In this document: in pieces, positions 1 to 9,398 of the stretch
Position numbering within the stretch: position 1 is the first letter of the stretch
Layout of the letters: every line of letters starts with the position of its first letter
Source: a virus
Virus record (IMG/VR): IMGVR_UViG_3300031420_000490
DNA length: 64,000 nt
Direction: 5' to 3' (one strand)
Made by a program: the position numbers and the translations under genes
Notes under the pieces: model-generated
What the model was told of the DNA's origin: nothing
Database searches by the model: none
Seen by the model: the letters and a program-made list of their open reading frames with translations, nothing else

Positions 1-2
1 AA

Positions 3-188
3 CCTCGTAAGATCGGTGACCGCGCCGCAGAGTCCTTCGGCAACGCCTGGGGCACCATCATCGGTGTCTTCCCCCTCACGGGCGCCTTCGGCGACACCTA
101 CTACGAGTACGAGATCGAGTGGGATGACGGGGACTACGCAGGAGAGCGCTACACCGAGGACGAGCTCATGCCCATCCCCGTGGACTGA
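3..188 (+). CDS. 5'-truncated hypothetical protein (small beta/SH3-like)
   Basis: Open frame from the window edge, PRKIGDRAAESF...ELMPIPVD*, with typical codon usage; absent from the ORF track. Confidence 0.65.
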   Translation, partial: PRKIGDRAAESFGNAWGTIIGVFPLTGAFGDTYYEYEIEWDDGDYAGERYTEDELMPIPVD

Positions 189-280
189 GCGAACTCGAGC
201 TTCAGCGGCCCGCAGGAATCCTCTAGGGAAGGTTCCTGCGGGCCATTGTGCTGTGGAGATCGATGGTGTACGATTCTTCC

Positions 281-616
281 ATGACCACCGCATCCAAGAA
301 GCTCACCAACACCCTGAAGTTCGGCGAGATCGTTCAGCACGACGGCTACACCACGCAGGAAGCCGGCACCGTGGAGATCGCCGGTACGAGCTACCAGGTT
401 CGCATCCAGAACATTGAGCCCAAGGGCGACTTCGCCGGTGCACTCGAGACCTGGCTCGTGGGCCCCCGAGGCGCTGAGTATCTCCTGGAGCCGGTGTCGC
501 TCTTCGAGAACTCGGGTAAGTTCCACATCCAGTCCATCAAGTCGGGCGCCTACCTCCGCAAGGCCGGCAACCCGGTCAAGGTCTTCATGTTCGGCAACCT
601 CATCGAGGAGATCTAA
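281..616 (+). CDS. hypothetical protein, leaderless
   Basis: TTGTGC-17-TACGAT promoter ends 6 nt before ATG 281. Confidence 0.75.
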   Translation: MTTASKKLTNTLKFGEIVQHDGYTTQEAGTVEIAGTSYQVRIQNIEPKGDFAGALETWLVGPRGAEYLLEPVSLFENSGKFHIQSIKSGAYLRKAGNPVKVFMFGNLIEEI

Positions 617-620
617 GCAG

Positions 621-1604
621 ATGGTGGCAGCTTCAGCCTACAGCGAGGCCCGGTTCCAGAGAGCCTCCGAGGCCCTGGACAAGCTCGGGCTCTCCCCGGA
701 GTACCTGGAGCTCCTCGAAGCCAATCCTTCCAGGGATCTGCCCTACCACGGCAACGAGCACCAGCTCGCGGTGGCCAACCTCGCCTACCGGATGGGCTAC
801 ACGCTCCAGCTCGGTGAGAAGGAACGGCGAGCTCTCTTCCTCGCCGGACTCTTCCATGACCAGGGCTACGATCTCGAAGAGGAGGATTCGGCCAACATCG
901 GGCAGGCCATCGCCCTAGTGAGTACCATGATCGACGAGCTCAATCCCGAGCTCCTCGACCAGGTGGCTGAGCTCATCGTGGAGACGGAGGTTCCTCGCTC
1001 TCAACCCCAGAGCCTGGCAGCTTCCATCCTTCAGGATGCCGACCTCCTCATGGTGACGCAGCCCGACGCCGATGAGTTCCTCCAGGGTCTCGTGGAGGAA
1101 CGACCGGGCACCGTCGCTGACCCCACCTTCCCGGGTGAGAGTGCGCTCCACAACGAGATCTCCCGGCGGCTCTACAGGACGGCCATGGAACTGCGAGAGT
1201 CCGGCCGGAAGGTCGAAGACCCTCTCCTGGCGGTGTCGGTGGGCAATACTCACCACCAGCAGGCGCTCTCCTCCAAGGGCTTCCTCGTGGATGCCGACAT
1301 CCTGGAGATCCTGGAACTCCTCTGGGCCCACGGCTACGAGACCGCCTACTCCTGCGCTGGTGACCCGCCCGGTGAGATCGCCCTGGGCTTCGATGAGCCG
1401 ATCCGAAGCTACATCGCCTTCGTGAACACCACGGAGGAGCAGGAAGAGCTCCTTCTGAGCCTGGCCTTCGCCATGGGCAGTGGCCTGGAGCACTTCGATG
1501 GCTCCGAGGGCTCCCTGAAGGGCACAGTGCTGCGCTTCTACCACTGGCGGCTCGCTGATCTTCTGAAGATCCTTCGCTACCGGCTCGAGGGCATCGAGTT
1601 CTGA
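621..1604 (+). CDS. HD-domain hydrolase with C-terminal TYW3-like domain
   Basis: PYHGNEH...GLFHDQG...QDADL HD motifs; C-terminal VDADI...GYETAYSCAG. Confidence 0.7.
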   Translation: MVAASAYSEARFQRASEALDKLGLSPEYLELLEANPSRDLPYHGNEHQLAVANLAYRMGYTLQLGEKERRALFLAGLFHDQGYDLEEEDSANIGQAIALVSTMIDELNPELLDQVAELIVETEVPRSQPQSLAASILQDADLLMVTQPDADEFLQGLVEERPGTVADPTFPGESALHNEISRRLYRTAMELRESGRKVEDPLLAVSVGNTHHQQALSSKGFLVDADILEILELLWAHGYETAYSCAGDPPGEIALGFDEPIRSYIAFVNTTEEQEELLLSLAFAMGSGLEHFDGSEGSLKGTVLRFYHWRLADLLKILRYRLEGIEF

Positions 1605-1658
1605 GTCTCCTCTAGCTGAGGGTTGCGCGAGCCTAGAGCACCGCGTAGGGTGAATCCC

Positions 1659-1943
1659 ATGGAACAGACCCCGAAGAACGCCTACCTCATCACCAAGACC
1701 GACGCCGGCCACGGTGGCGGCCCCGTGGAGACCATCGGCCTCTACCTCTGCAGCTACGAGCAGGCTCAGGAAGTGGCCGACGAGGATCGTCGCAGCGAGG
1801 AGGCGGACCGGCGAGTTCGCTTCGAGCGAGACAAGGGCCGCGGTCTCTCCATGGACTTCGAGGAGTACATGGAGATGTACCGGATGCGCTACCGCATCGA
1901 GCGGCTCCAGCTCCAGGACCTCGGTAGCCGGGACGAGGACTGA
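1659..1943 (+). CDS. hypothetical protein, leaderless
   Basis: TTGCGC-17-TAGGGT, then 7 nt, then ATG. Confidence 0.7.
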   Translation: MEQTPKNAYLITKTDAGHGGGPVETIGLYLCSYEQAQEVADEDRRSEEADRRVRFERDKGRGLSMDFEEYMEMYRMRYRIERLQLQDLGSRDED

Positions 1944-2083
1944 TCGCTTTCTACCTCTCCGTTAACAGCCTCTGGCCTCGAAGCTCTTCGGAACTTTGGG
2001 CCAGAGCTCGTTGAGCCAGCAGGCTGAGGAAAAGTTTGGACAGACTGTTGCGGTGCTGAGATCGAGGGTGTACCATGGAACTC

Positions 2084-2476
2084 ATGAACGCCACCGCGAA
2101 CACCACCGCAACCGCCGAGACCCTCACCGCTGCCAACGGCACGGTAGTCCCCCGCCCCGAAGTTGGGCAGGGCGCCACCCTCCACTACCCGCAGGACACC
2201 TACGGCTTCGTCGTCACCAAGGTCTCCGACTCCGGCAAGACCGTGACCCTGGCCGAGCTCACCAGCCCGAGCCTCGCAACCGGCCACACGGTGGATCGCC
2301 ACGACGGCCCCTTCCCGATCTGGGACCACACCTACACCGAGGGCGAGCTCAAGTCCATGGTCGACCCCCAGGGCAAGACCACCACGATCCGCCTCAACAA
2401 GAACGGTCGCTGGATGAGCAAGGGCACGCCCTTCACCGTCGGCAAGGCTCGCTACTACCGCAACTACTCCTACTGA
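2084..2476 (+). CDS. hypothetical protein, leaderless (MNATANTT start)
   Basis: TTGCGG-17-TACCAT, 7 nt, ATG; UUCG hairpin follows. Confidence 0.8.
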   Translation: MNATANTTATAETLTAANGTVVPRPEVGQGATLHYPQDTYGFVVTKVSDSGKTVTLAELTSPSLATGHTVDRHDGPFPIWDHTYTEGELKSMVDPQGKTTTIRLNKNGRWMSKGTPFTVGKARYYRNYSY

Positions 2477-2488
2477 TCCATCCCCTCG

Positions 2489-2517
2489 GGGAGGGTCGCC
2501 TTCGGGTGGCTCTCTCC
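2489..2517 (+). terminator. UUCG stem-loop terminator
   Basis: GC stem with TTCG loop and pyrimidine tail after the stop codon. Confidence 0.6.
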
Positions 2518-2575
2518 TCCCTCTCTTTCCCGCAGCTTCCTTCAGCTTCATCATAGACCACTAGGAGATCCTCCA

Positions 2576-2869
2576 ATGCCTCTCAATCGCTCAAAGAACG
2601 ACGGTGGCCTCTACGGCACCACGCCCGCAATCGTGGCCAAGGAGAAGAACGGCCGCGTCGAGTTCCTCATCGGCTCTGTCTCACCCTTCGGCCCCGTGCT
2701 CTTCCAGGAGTTCGAGGGCAAGCGCTTCGTCGAGGTCTACATCGAGGACCTCGAGGCCAAGGGCTACACGGTCACCGTGCCCGAGGCACTGGAAGAGGCT
2801 CGCCGGCTCAGCCGGGAGCGCAGCGCTCAGAGCAAGCCGCAGCCCACGAAGAACTTCCGGGTCAAGTAG
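2576..2869 (+). CDS. hypothetical protein
   Basis: AGGAG RBS; typical codon usage. Confidence 0.7.
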   Translation: MPLNRSKNDGGLYGTTPAIVAKEKNGRVEFLIGSVSPFGPVLFQEFEGKRFVEVYIEDLEAKGYTVTVPEALEEARRLSRERSAQSKPQPTKNFRVK

Positions 2870-2889
2870 TAGAAAGTAGAAAGGCAACC

Positions 2890-3135
2890 ATGACACAGCA
2901 GATCCCCGGCAGAGCAGAGGCCATCGCCTTTGCCCGGAAGGCCGGCGAGGAGATCGGCAAGATCCTCGAGGATGGTAGGGCCCATCGGATCAACGATGTG
3001 CTCAAGGAGGCAGCCCAGCACTGCCACACCATCGCCGATGACCTGGCCTCACCCCTGAGCACCATGATCGCCAAGGGCAGGGTAGTGGCTGACATGGTCA
3101 GGGGCACCGTTCGCAAGCCCGGCTCGAAGGACTGA
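2890..3135 (+). CDS. hypothetical protein
   Basis: RBS; operon spacing. Confidence 0.65.
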   Translation: MTQQIPGRAEAIAFARKAGEEIGKILEDGRAHRINDVLKEAAQHCHTIADDLASPLSTMIAKGRVVADMVRGTVRKPGSKD

Positions 3136-3141
3136 TCGCAG

Positions 3142-3543
3142 ATGACCAAGACTGTTCGACGGATCGCCGCAGGTATCGCGGTGGCTCTGGGTGCTGCGGT
3201 GGCGCTCACAGGCTGCATGGCGAAGGTCCCCGCGGACGAGCTCCCGAGCTACACGATCTACCAGAAGAAGGTCGGCGCTTTCGAACAACGCGCCTTCGGC
3301 TACATTGACTCCTCCGGCAAGCGTGAAGATCTCAAGTGTGGCAAGCCTGGACCGTTCACTCGATGGCACTGTGAATCCAAGGACGGCGTGCTGAAGTTCG
3401 ACTACACGGTCCACAAGTCGAGCACCTACCTCAGGGATGTGACCGTGGACGGGGCTGCTCGTAAGATGGAGCGAGTGGACTCACCCCAGGAGGGTGTCCG
3501 CAAGACCTGGGTGCCTAAGGACAGCCTTTCGGCCGATCAGTAG
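3142..3543 (+). CDS. lipoprotein (paralogue of 55285)
   Basis: Signal peptide with ALTG-C lipobox; C..SKDG..F.Y.V.K motif shared with 55285. Confidence 0.7.
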   Translation: MTKTVRRIAAGIAVALGAAVALTGCMAKVPADELPSYTIYQKKVGAFEQRAFGYIDSSGKREDLKCGKPGPFTRWHCESKDGVLKFDYTVHKSSTYLRDVTVDGAARKMERVDSPQEGVRKTWVPKDSLSADQ

Positions 3544-3576
3544 GTCGTAGATCGCGTTCTAAGGCGCTTTCTTGGT

Positions 3577-3610
3577 GCAACTATAGTTGCTAACTGCACA
3601 CTATAATTGC
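3577..3610. promoter_or_regulatory. tandem palindromic operator
   Basis: Perfect GCAACTATAGTTGC palindrome plus a second ACTATAATTGC copy 20 bp downstream containing TATAAT. Confidence 0.55.
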
Positions 3611-3698
3611 ACAGTCAGGCTGTCGCTGAGCGGCGCTCTTGGTAGCGTGGGCTGCACGAGGGCTCACAGGTTGAACCCCAGGGAATGGAGAACTGACC

Positions 3699-3983
3699 AT
3701 GGCACGCAGAGAACCCGAGCAGTTCAAGTTCCAGGATGAGGACTTCCTCGTTCCCCTCTGGCTCGTCCAGGAGGTCCTGGAAGAGGCGAACTTCGGCTCT
3801 GACTTCGGTGAGACCACCACGGCTGACGAGCGGCTCAAGGAAGCTCTGGGTGCCATCGAAGCCCGGGCAGATCGCTACATTGAGATCAGCCGAGAGAGCC
3901 GAAGAGACCGCACGAGGCGGCTCGCGGACCAGCTTCGCTGGACAGCTCAGCGTAACATCGAGCGACTCCAGCGAGACAAGTAG
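3699..3983 (+). CDS. hypothetical helical protein
   Basis: GGAGA RBS. Confidence 0.7.
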   Translation: MARREPEQFKFQDEDFLVPLWLVQEVLEEANFGSDFGETTTADERLKEALGAIEARADRYIEISRESRRDRTRRLADQLRWTAQRNIERLQRDK

Positions 3984-4050
3984 GACTGACCTCAGACTGT
4001 TTCCAAACTGGGGGTTGTGCACTTCGTCGAGCGCGGATTACAATGATTCC

Positions 4051-4485
4051 ATGAACGCCACCGCGAACACCACCGCCACCGCCTTCCCCCGTCCGCTCTT
4101 CACGCCGACCACCGCCGACCTCAAGCTCGTCCCCGCCGGCTCCCTCGTCACGGAGCTCTTCTACGGCGACCGGCTCGCTGTCAAGATCATCGGTCGCCAC
4201 AACGAGATCGAGAGCTCCCCCACGAGCTTCACCGCTGGCTCCGTCGCCGGCTACGCCGCCTCCTACAACGAGGACCCGGAGGCGAAGGTCGCCTGGGCAC
4301 GCAGCCTCGGCCACAACATCCACTACCTCAACGCGGAGGTGACGATGATCGCTCTCCACCCGGAGAAGCAGCCGGAGCGCAAGGTCATCGAGCTCGGCTC
4401 CCTGGTGACCTTCGATGGCCACCTCTACCAGGTCCTCCAGGCACCGAACCGCAACCTCACCCTCGTCCCGGTCATCAACGGCTGA
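4051..4485 (+). CDS. hypothetical protein, leaderless (MNATANTT start)
   Basis: TTGTGC-18-TACAAT, 6 nt, ATG; first 26 nt identical to the gene at 2084. Confidence 0.8.
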   Translation: MNATANTTATAFPRPLFTPTTADLKLVPAGSLVTELFYGDRLAVKIIGRHNEIESSPTSFTAGSVAGYAASYNEDPEAKVAWARSLGHNIHYLNAEVTMIALHPEKQPERKVIELGSLVTFDGHLYQVLQAPNRNLTLVPVING

Positions 4486-4630
4486 TCGGAACACCCCAGC
4501 CGCCCGGCTCGCTCCCAGGAGGAGTAGCCGGGCGACTTCCTTTGGCCTGGGCCTTCGATAAGTTGACACTGAGCATCCTCAGAGCTGCTCCCTAACCGGC
4601 AGGTCAGCCGGCCGACTGAAGGAGCCTCCC

Positions 4631-5584
4631 ATGGCAGAAGACAGCATCGATCTAGAGCGCGTCCGCGTTCGCTACGACCGCCGGGATGGGGCCTTCAGGC
4701 TCACCTCCGCAGATCCTCGGCTCAAGGGTCGGTCCTTCCGGCTCACGCTCTCCAGGGGCAGCGATGCCGTGGACAGCCTCATGGATGTCTTCGAGGAAGA
4801 GGGTATACTGAGCCCGGAGGATCGCATTCCCACGGTGGTTCAGCTCCGAGAGCTCGGAGGACTCAGCCAGGAAGTCGATGAGTACAGCTTCACTGGCGAG
4901 GAGCGGCCTGTGCAGGACAGCCGGCTGGTCTTCCCCGTGGGTCAGCACATGGGTGGAGCGGCCATGAGCGTGGACCTCGGCTACTCGCCCCACACGCTGG
5001 TCACCGGCGAGGCCGGAACCGGCAAAACTCAGACGCTCCGCATCTTCGCTCGGCAGGCACGGAAGCTTGCTCTCAGCAGCAAGGCCAGCCTCCTCATCGT
5101 GAGCTCCTCCGAGAGCGACGGGAGTAAGTACGCCACCCTGGGGAAGCTCACCGGCATCCTCAGGGCTCGCATTCAGATGCTCCAGTCCACCGGAGCCATG
5201 GATTCCAGGAACTACGAGGCGCGAGTGGGAAGCATGGCCCCTCTCTTCCTCTTCGTGGACGGCCTGGATCGGCTGAAGCTCAGCGACTGGCTTCCCGAGC
5301 TCTTGAGCTTCGGTGAAAAGGTGGGCATCTACCTCTTCGCCACCGTGCGGGCAACTGAGGACATTCCTCGCTTTGCCGACGAGTACACGCTCCTTCACAT
5401 CGGCCGGCGCATCGAGATGGGGCTCCCCAGCGAGGGATCACCCGGGAGCTTCCTCAGCAAGCGACTCTTCGACAGCCTCGGCCGGGGCACCATCAGCACC
5501 AACGGCTTCGCTGCGGAGCTCCTACAGTTCGCAGACATCAGCAGAGATGTGGACGGCAAGGTTCTAGAGAGGATGCTCCCATGA
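4631..5584 (+). CDS. FtsK/HerA-like P-loop ATPase with shared N-terminal domain
   Basis: PHTLVTGEAGTGKT Walker A; LFLFVDG degenerate Walker B; G.KVGI.L. Confidence 0.7.
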   Translation: MAEDSIDLERVRVRYDRRDGAFRLTSADPRLKGRSFRLTLSRGSDAVDSLMDVFEEEGILSPEDRIPTVVQLRELGGLSQEVDEYSFTGEERPVQDSRLVFPVGQHMGGAAMSVDLGYSPHTLVTGEAGTGKTQTLRIFARQARKLALSSKASLLIVSSSESDGSKYATLGKLTGILRARIQMLQSTGAMDSRNYEARVGSMAPLFLFVDGLDRLKLSDWLPELLSFGEKVGIYLFATVRATEDIPRFADEYTLLHIGRRIEMGLPSEGSPGSFLSKRLFDSLGRGTISTNGFAAELLQFADISRDVDGKVLERMLP

Positions 5585-6270
5585 GCGCGATTCACAGCCT
5601 GCCGCGGCCGGAGGAAGATCAGCCCTTCGACTGGTCGGCCTTCCTCTGGAGCAAGCACAACGCTGCGGGAACTCGAGGAGTGGTCTTCACGCCCCATCCT
5701 CAGCTCGTGATCCTTGACCGGAGTCGCATCAGCTTCGTAGTGAGCTCGGGCTTCCTCTTCGTCTTGGTGCTGATGGCGATGGCAGTCACATTCCTCTCGC
5801 TCTTTCGGGATGGGCTAGTAGCCGAAGGGCTGATTTCCTACACGCCGTCTTTGATCGATGGAGGATCTGGCTGGCTATTGGGCTGGAGCTTCGCTCTGGC
5901 GGTTACACTAGCAGGGCTGATCCACGAGACTGGCCACTGGATAGCTTTCAAGCTCACGGGCCGTAGGCTCGTGGCACTCACCCTCGCTGCTCGCATGTCG
6001 GTTACTGCAGATCGTGGACCCTCTAACAGCTACCAGCGGCTCCTGACTTCAGCTGCTGGAGGACTCCTAGAGGCACTCGGGGGAGTCTGTCTGCTCGCAA
6101 CCCAGGGAGGCTTCGGCTGGAACGGAGTGCAGTTCATCGCCGCAGCTGTGATCTTCGACGGGATCGCCAATGTGGTCCTCCCCGTCCGTCGAGGCTCGGA
6201 TGGTTGGAGGGTCTGGAGCTCGATTCTGGCCATCCTCATCGGCCGGGGCGCGAGGAGCCTAGAGCGCTAG
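5581..6270 (+). CDS. M50 (site-2 protease-like) membrane metallopeptidase
   Basis: TM segments, HETGH, AAG and NVVLP...SDG motifs; 4-nt overlap with the upstream gene. Confidence 0.7.
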   Translation: MSAIHSLPRPEEDQPFDWSAFLWSKHNAAGTRGVVFTPHPQLVILDRSRISFVVSSGFLFVLVLMAMAVTFLSLFRDGLVAEGLISYTPSLIDGGSGWLLGWSFALAVTLAGLIHETGHWIAFKLTGRRLVALTLAARMSVTADRGPSNSYQRLLTSAAGGLLEALGGVCLLATQGGFGWNGVQFIAAAVIFDGIANVVLPVRRGSDGWRVWSSILAILIGRGARSLER

Positions 6271-6438
6271 GTGCCCTCCTAAGCCCTCGGAGATGGCTCA
6301 CCGCACATACACTGATCTTCGGGGACTTCCTCACCGCTGAGGGCCGCCGGAGGCGCATCTTCGTGAGTCCGACTCGAGCTCTGGGCACAATAGGCTGCAC
6401 AGCTAGAGTAGATATTCACAGACCGAAGGGAAGGGACC

Positions 6439-6750
6439 ATGACTCAGAAGCCGGAAGCGAACAGCGAGCTCGAGGGCTACCGGAGGATGGCCGGAGAGGT
6501 CTACGAGATCCTTCAGCGGACCCGCCCTCAGCAGGAGCCCCACGAGTACAGCGATGAGTCCAAGCGTCTTGCCGGAAAGCTTGCCCAGACGGTCAAGCGC
6601 AAGCTCGAAAGGGAGGGAAGAACGCTGACCCGGGACCCACAGACCGGACGCTACACCATCGTGGATCTTCCGGCAGCTGTTCCCGGTATTCCAGCAGATC
6701 CTCAGCCCACCCCTCGGCGCTCATTCTGGAGCCGACTCCTCGGTCGATAG
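6439..6750 (+). CDS. hypothetical protein
   Basis: AAGGGA RBS. Confidence 0.65.
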   Translation: MTQKPEANSELEGYRRMAGEVYEILQRTRPQQEPHEYSDESKRLAGKLAQTVKRKLEREGRTLTRDPQTGRYTIVDLPAAVPGIPADPQPTPRRSFWSRLLGR

Positions 6751-6819
6751 TGGAGTGTAGCTCCGGAATCTCCGGACTCTCCCACCGGTGAGCAACCGGC
6801 CAAAAGGAAAGGCCACACC

Positions 6820-7701
6820 ATGGCACAAGACAGCATCGATCTCAACCTTCGGGCTCGCTACGACAGACGGGCCGGCGTCTTCCGGCTCACGGCGGCCGAT
6901 CCACGGCTCCAGGGACTTCCCTTCCAGGTCACTCTCTCCCGGGGAAGCGAGTCCGTCGACTCCCTACAGGAGCTCTTTATTCGAGAATCAGCCATCGAGG
7001 CTGAGGACAGCGTGCCATCCCGCCCCAACCTTCTCAAGTCCAGTGACTTTCCACAGGCAGCCTTGAAGCAGAAGGCTAAGCGTGATGAGCCCACGAGCGC
7101 GATCTTCGTGGGGCCTGCTGCAGTTGAAGACGCGATTGCCCACATGAAGTCGGACTGGAAGTTTCAGCCTCGCCAGTCCACCCTGGAGGACTTCGAGCGC
7201 AATCTCAATGAGGGGACGATCAGCAACGAGATCAGCGTGGTGCTCATCGTGGACATTTTCTTCAACCTCCGAAGCGATTCGGAGCTCTTCATGAAGACCA
7301 TCGCGAGACTCGCTCCCCATGCGCTCGTAGCAGTAGTTTCCTACAGTCCACACTTCCGCAGTGAGATCGTGGTGAAGGTGGCTGAGTACTGCTATGAGAA
7401 CAGCATCTCCAGCGCACCCTTCTACTTCATCGATTCCAAGCGTCCTCTAGTCACCCTCGACGAGGCCGTGGAGGACTTTCTCAGCAGAGATAAGCTCGCA
7501 GCAGATGCTCGCCAGGGACTGAGAAACTCCCGGCTCGATGGAGCTAAGTCGCAGGAAGAACTCCCCTCGGGTGAGCCGAAGCTCAATCCCGTCAACGGCG
7601 CTGTGGTGGTGGGCTACTCGGAGCTCATGGAACGGCTCGGGGTTCCGGCCTTCGACGAGCTCGGCAACCGACGAACGCTCACCATCGATCCCAACGGCTG
7701 A
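6820..7701 (+). CDS. protein sharing its N-terminal domain with 4631, plus a receiver-like alpha/beta domain
   Basis: MAQDSIDL...RYDRR.G.FRLT.ADPRL.G..F..TLSRGS shared with 4631. Confidence 0.7.
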   Translation: MAQDSIDLNLRARYDRRAGVFRLTAADPRLQGLPFQVTLSRGSESVDSLQELFIRESAIEAEDSVPSRPNLLKSSDFPQAALKQKAKRDEPTSAIFVGPAAVEDAIAHMKSDWKFQPRQSTLEDFERNLNEGTISNEISVVLIVDIFFNLRSDSELFMKTIARLAPHALVAVVSYSPHFRSEIVVKVAEYCYENSISSAPFYFIDSKRPLVTLDEAVEDFLSRDKLAADARQGLRNSRLDGAKSQEELPSGEPKLNPVNGAVVVGYSELMERLGVPAFDELGNRRTLTIDPNG

Positions 7702-7916
7702 TCCCAGCTCGTAGCTAGCCAGGTCGAGCATTTCTCAAGAGCTAAGATGGGCCCCTGATCTCCTTCCAGGGCTATTGGAACATGAGGGATGAGCTCTAAA
7801 GGCCTGGGACAGGTGGTTCGAAGCTGCCTGCCTCCAGCCCTCCCCCAATGTCATAGCCACCGTGATAGGATGAATCTCGAGGGCGCAGGATCGCAGCGCC
7901 TCAGGAAGGATGCCCC

Positions 7917-8555
7917 ATGGGCCACCAGATCATCGATGCTATGGAACCCGAGGGCGCTCTCTTCACTCCCGGACACACATTCACCACCCACGCCATCGGC
8001 TGGGGAGAGCCTCAGACCCTCTCGGCCGACTGCAGCTGCGGTCAGGCTGCCATCCCGGTAGAAGAAGACTACGGAGACAGCGGCCCCTCGCTGATTCCCA
8101 CCCTGGTATCCTTCGTGGAAAAGTACGGTCGGGATGCGCTCCTCCACGGAGCGAGCGTCTACGGTAACTGGGACACTCTCGCTCGGCAATGCCTCGGCCA
8201 CATCGAGGCCATGGGTGGAACCCTGGATGAGCGCATCTCCGAAGCCATGGACCGGCTCAAGAACGCCAGCGCCACGCTCCAAGCAGAGCTCGCAGGCAAC
8301 TTCAGCAGCGGAGCTCAGGGCCATCCGGTGCTATCTGCATCTGCCGTAGGCGTGGCCGCTCGAGACCTCGAAGTGCTTACCATGGCACAGGAGCTCAAGG
8401 ATCGTGTTCCTCTCCCTAAGCCCGTTCCCGTGACGGCCGAGAGCGAGGCAGCCTACGAGGCTGCCCTGGAGGCTCAGTATCCCGGCTGGCACGCGAGGAT
8501 CGAGGAAGACCAGCGAAAGATCGAGGGGAGCGGGCAGGAGCTCGCGGAGGGTTGA
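7917..8555 (+). CDS. hypothetical protein
   Basis: RBS; TAGGAT -10 at 7866. Confidence 0.65.
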   Translation: MGHQIIDAMEPEGALFTPGHTFTTHAIGWGEPQTLSADCSCGQAAIPVEEDYGDSGPSLIPTLVSFVEKYGRDALLHGASVYGNWDTLARQCLGHIEAMGGTLDERISEAMDRLKNASATLQAELAGNFSSGAQGHPVLSASAVGVAARDLEVLTMAQELKDRVPLPKPVPVTAESEAAYEAALEAQYPGWHARIEEDQRKIEGSGQELAEG

Positions 8556-8587
8556 CAGCTGACTCCATGGTGACATAGGATCGTCCC

Positions 8588-9337
8588 ATGCTGAACACCA
8601 CCGTCAAGCTCAACGACTTTGCCTCGGCCCGCGTGATCTCCGACACGACCGCCGAGGATCCCCGGCTCACCAACCTCAAGGGCGACGCAGCAGAAGGCAT
8701 CTTCATCCTCAACCTCGAGGACCGCAGGGCCAACGCCGATCTCATCGTCCCCTCCTGGTTCAAGAGCTTCCAGGAGATCGACATTCGCCTCGGCTCTGAG
8801 CGGGCCACTCGGGCCATGAGCATCCTTCGCTCCCTGGGCGCCGACATCCCCGCCTACATCAGCAAGAGGCTCTACCAGGGCTACAGCCAGGGCGACTGGG
8901 CCGATCTCGTGATCTCCGGCCCCAGCGCTGAGATCGCCCAGGGTGCCTACGAGCGCTTCGCTGCCTGGACTCGAGGGGATGTCTACGGCATCATCGTCGA
9001 GCGCAAGTGCCCGGTGACCGGCGACTGGTTCACGGTCGAGGATGAGCTCCCGCTCTTCGGCATCTACTGCACCAAGGACCTCGAGTTCTACGGCGAGGTC
9101 CGAGCCGTGGCAGCCGAGCACTTCGACCTCGATGCTCGACCGGTCTCCGAAGCCGGCAAGCTCACCGAAGAGCGCCAGCTCTCCAAGAACACGGTGGTGG
9201 AGCTCGGCGTACTTCTCACGCTCCTCGAGGACCAGGCCGGTGGGAGCAGCGAGCTCAGCCGCACCGCCCGGGAGATCATCGCCGAGCAGGACAAGATCAT
9301 CGCATCCCTGGAGGAAGAGGTCGCGGAGCTCCGCTGA
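8588..9337 (+). CDS. hypothetical protein, leaderless
   Basis: TTGACA-18-TAGGAT, 6 nt, ATG. Confidence 0.8.
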   Translation: MLNTTVKLNDFASARVISDTTAEDPRLTNLKGDAAEGIFILNLEDRRANADLIVPSWFKSFQEIDIRLGSERATRAMSILRSLGADIPAYISKRLYQGYSQGDWADLVISGPSAEIAQGAYERFAAWTRGDVYGIIVERKCPVTGDWFTVEDELPLFGIYCTKDLEFYGEVRAVAAEHFDLDARPVSEAGKLTEERQLSKNTVVELGVLLTLLEDQAGGSSELSRTAREIIAEQDKIIASLEEEVAELR

Positions 9338-9398
9338 GCGATAGCTCTTCGCTCCGCCCCTCCCCTCAGACTTTCAGCAGCTTTCAGAAGGAGAACCG

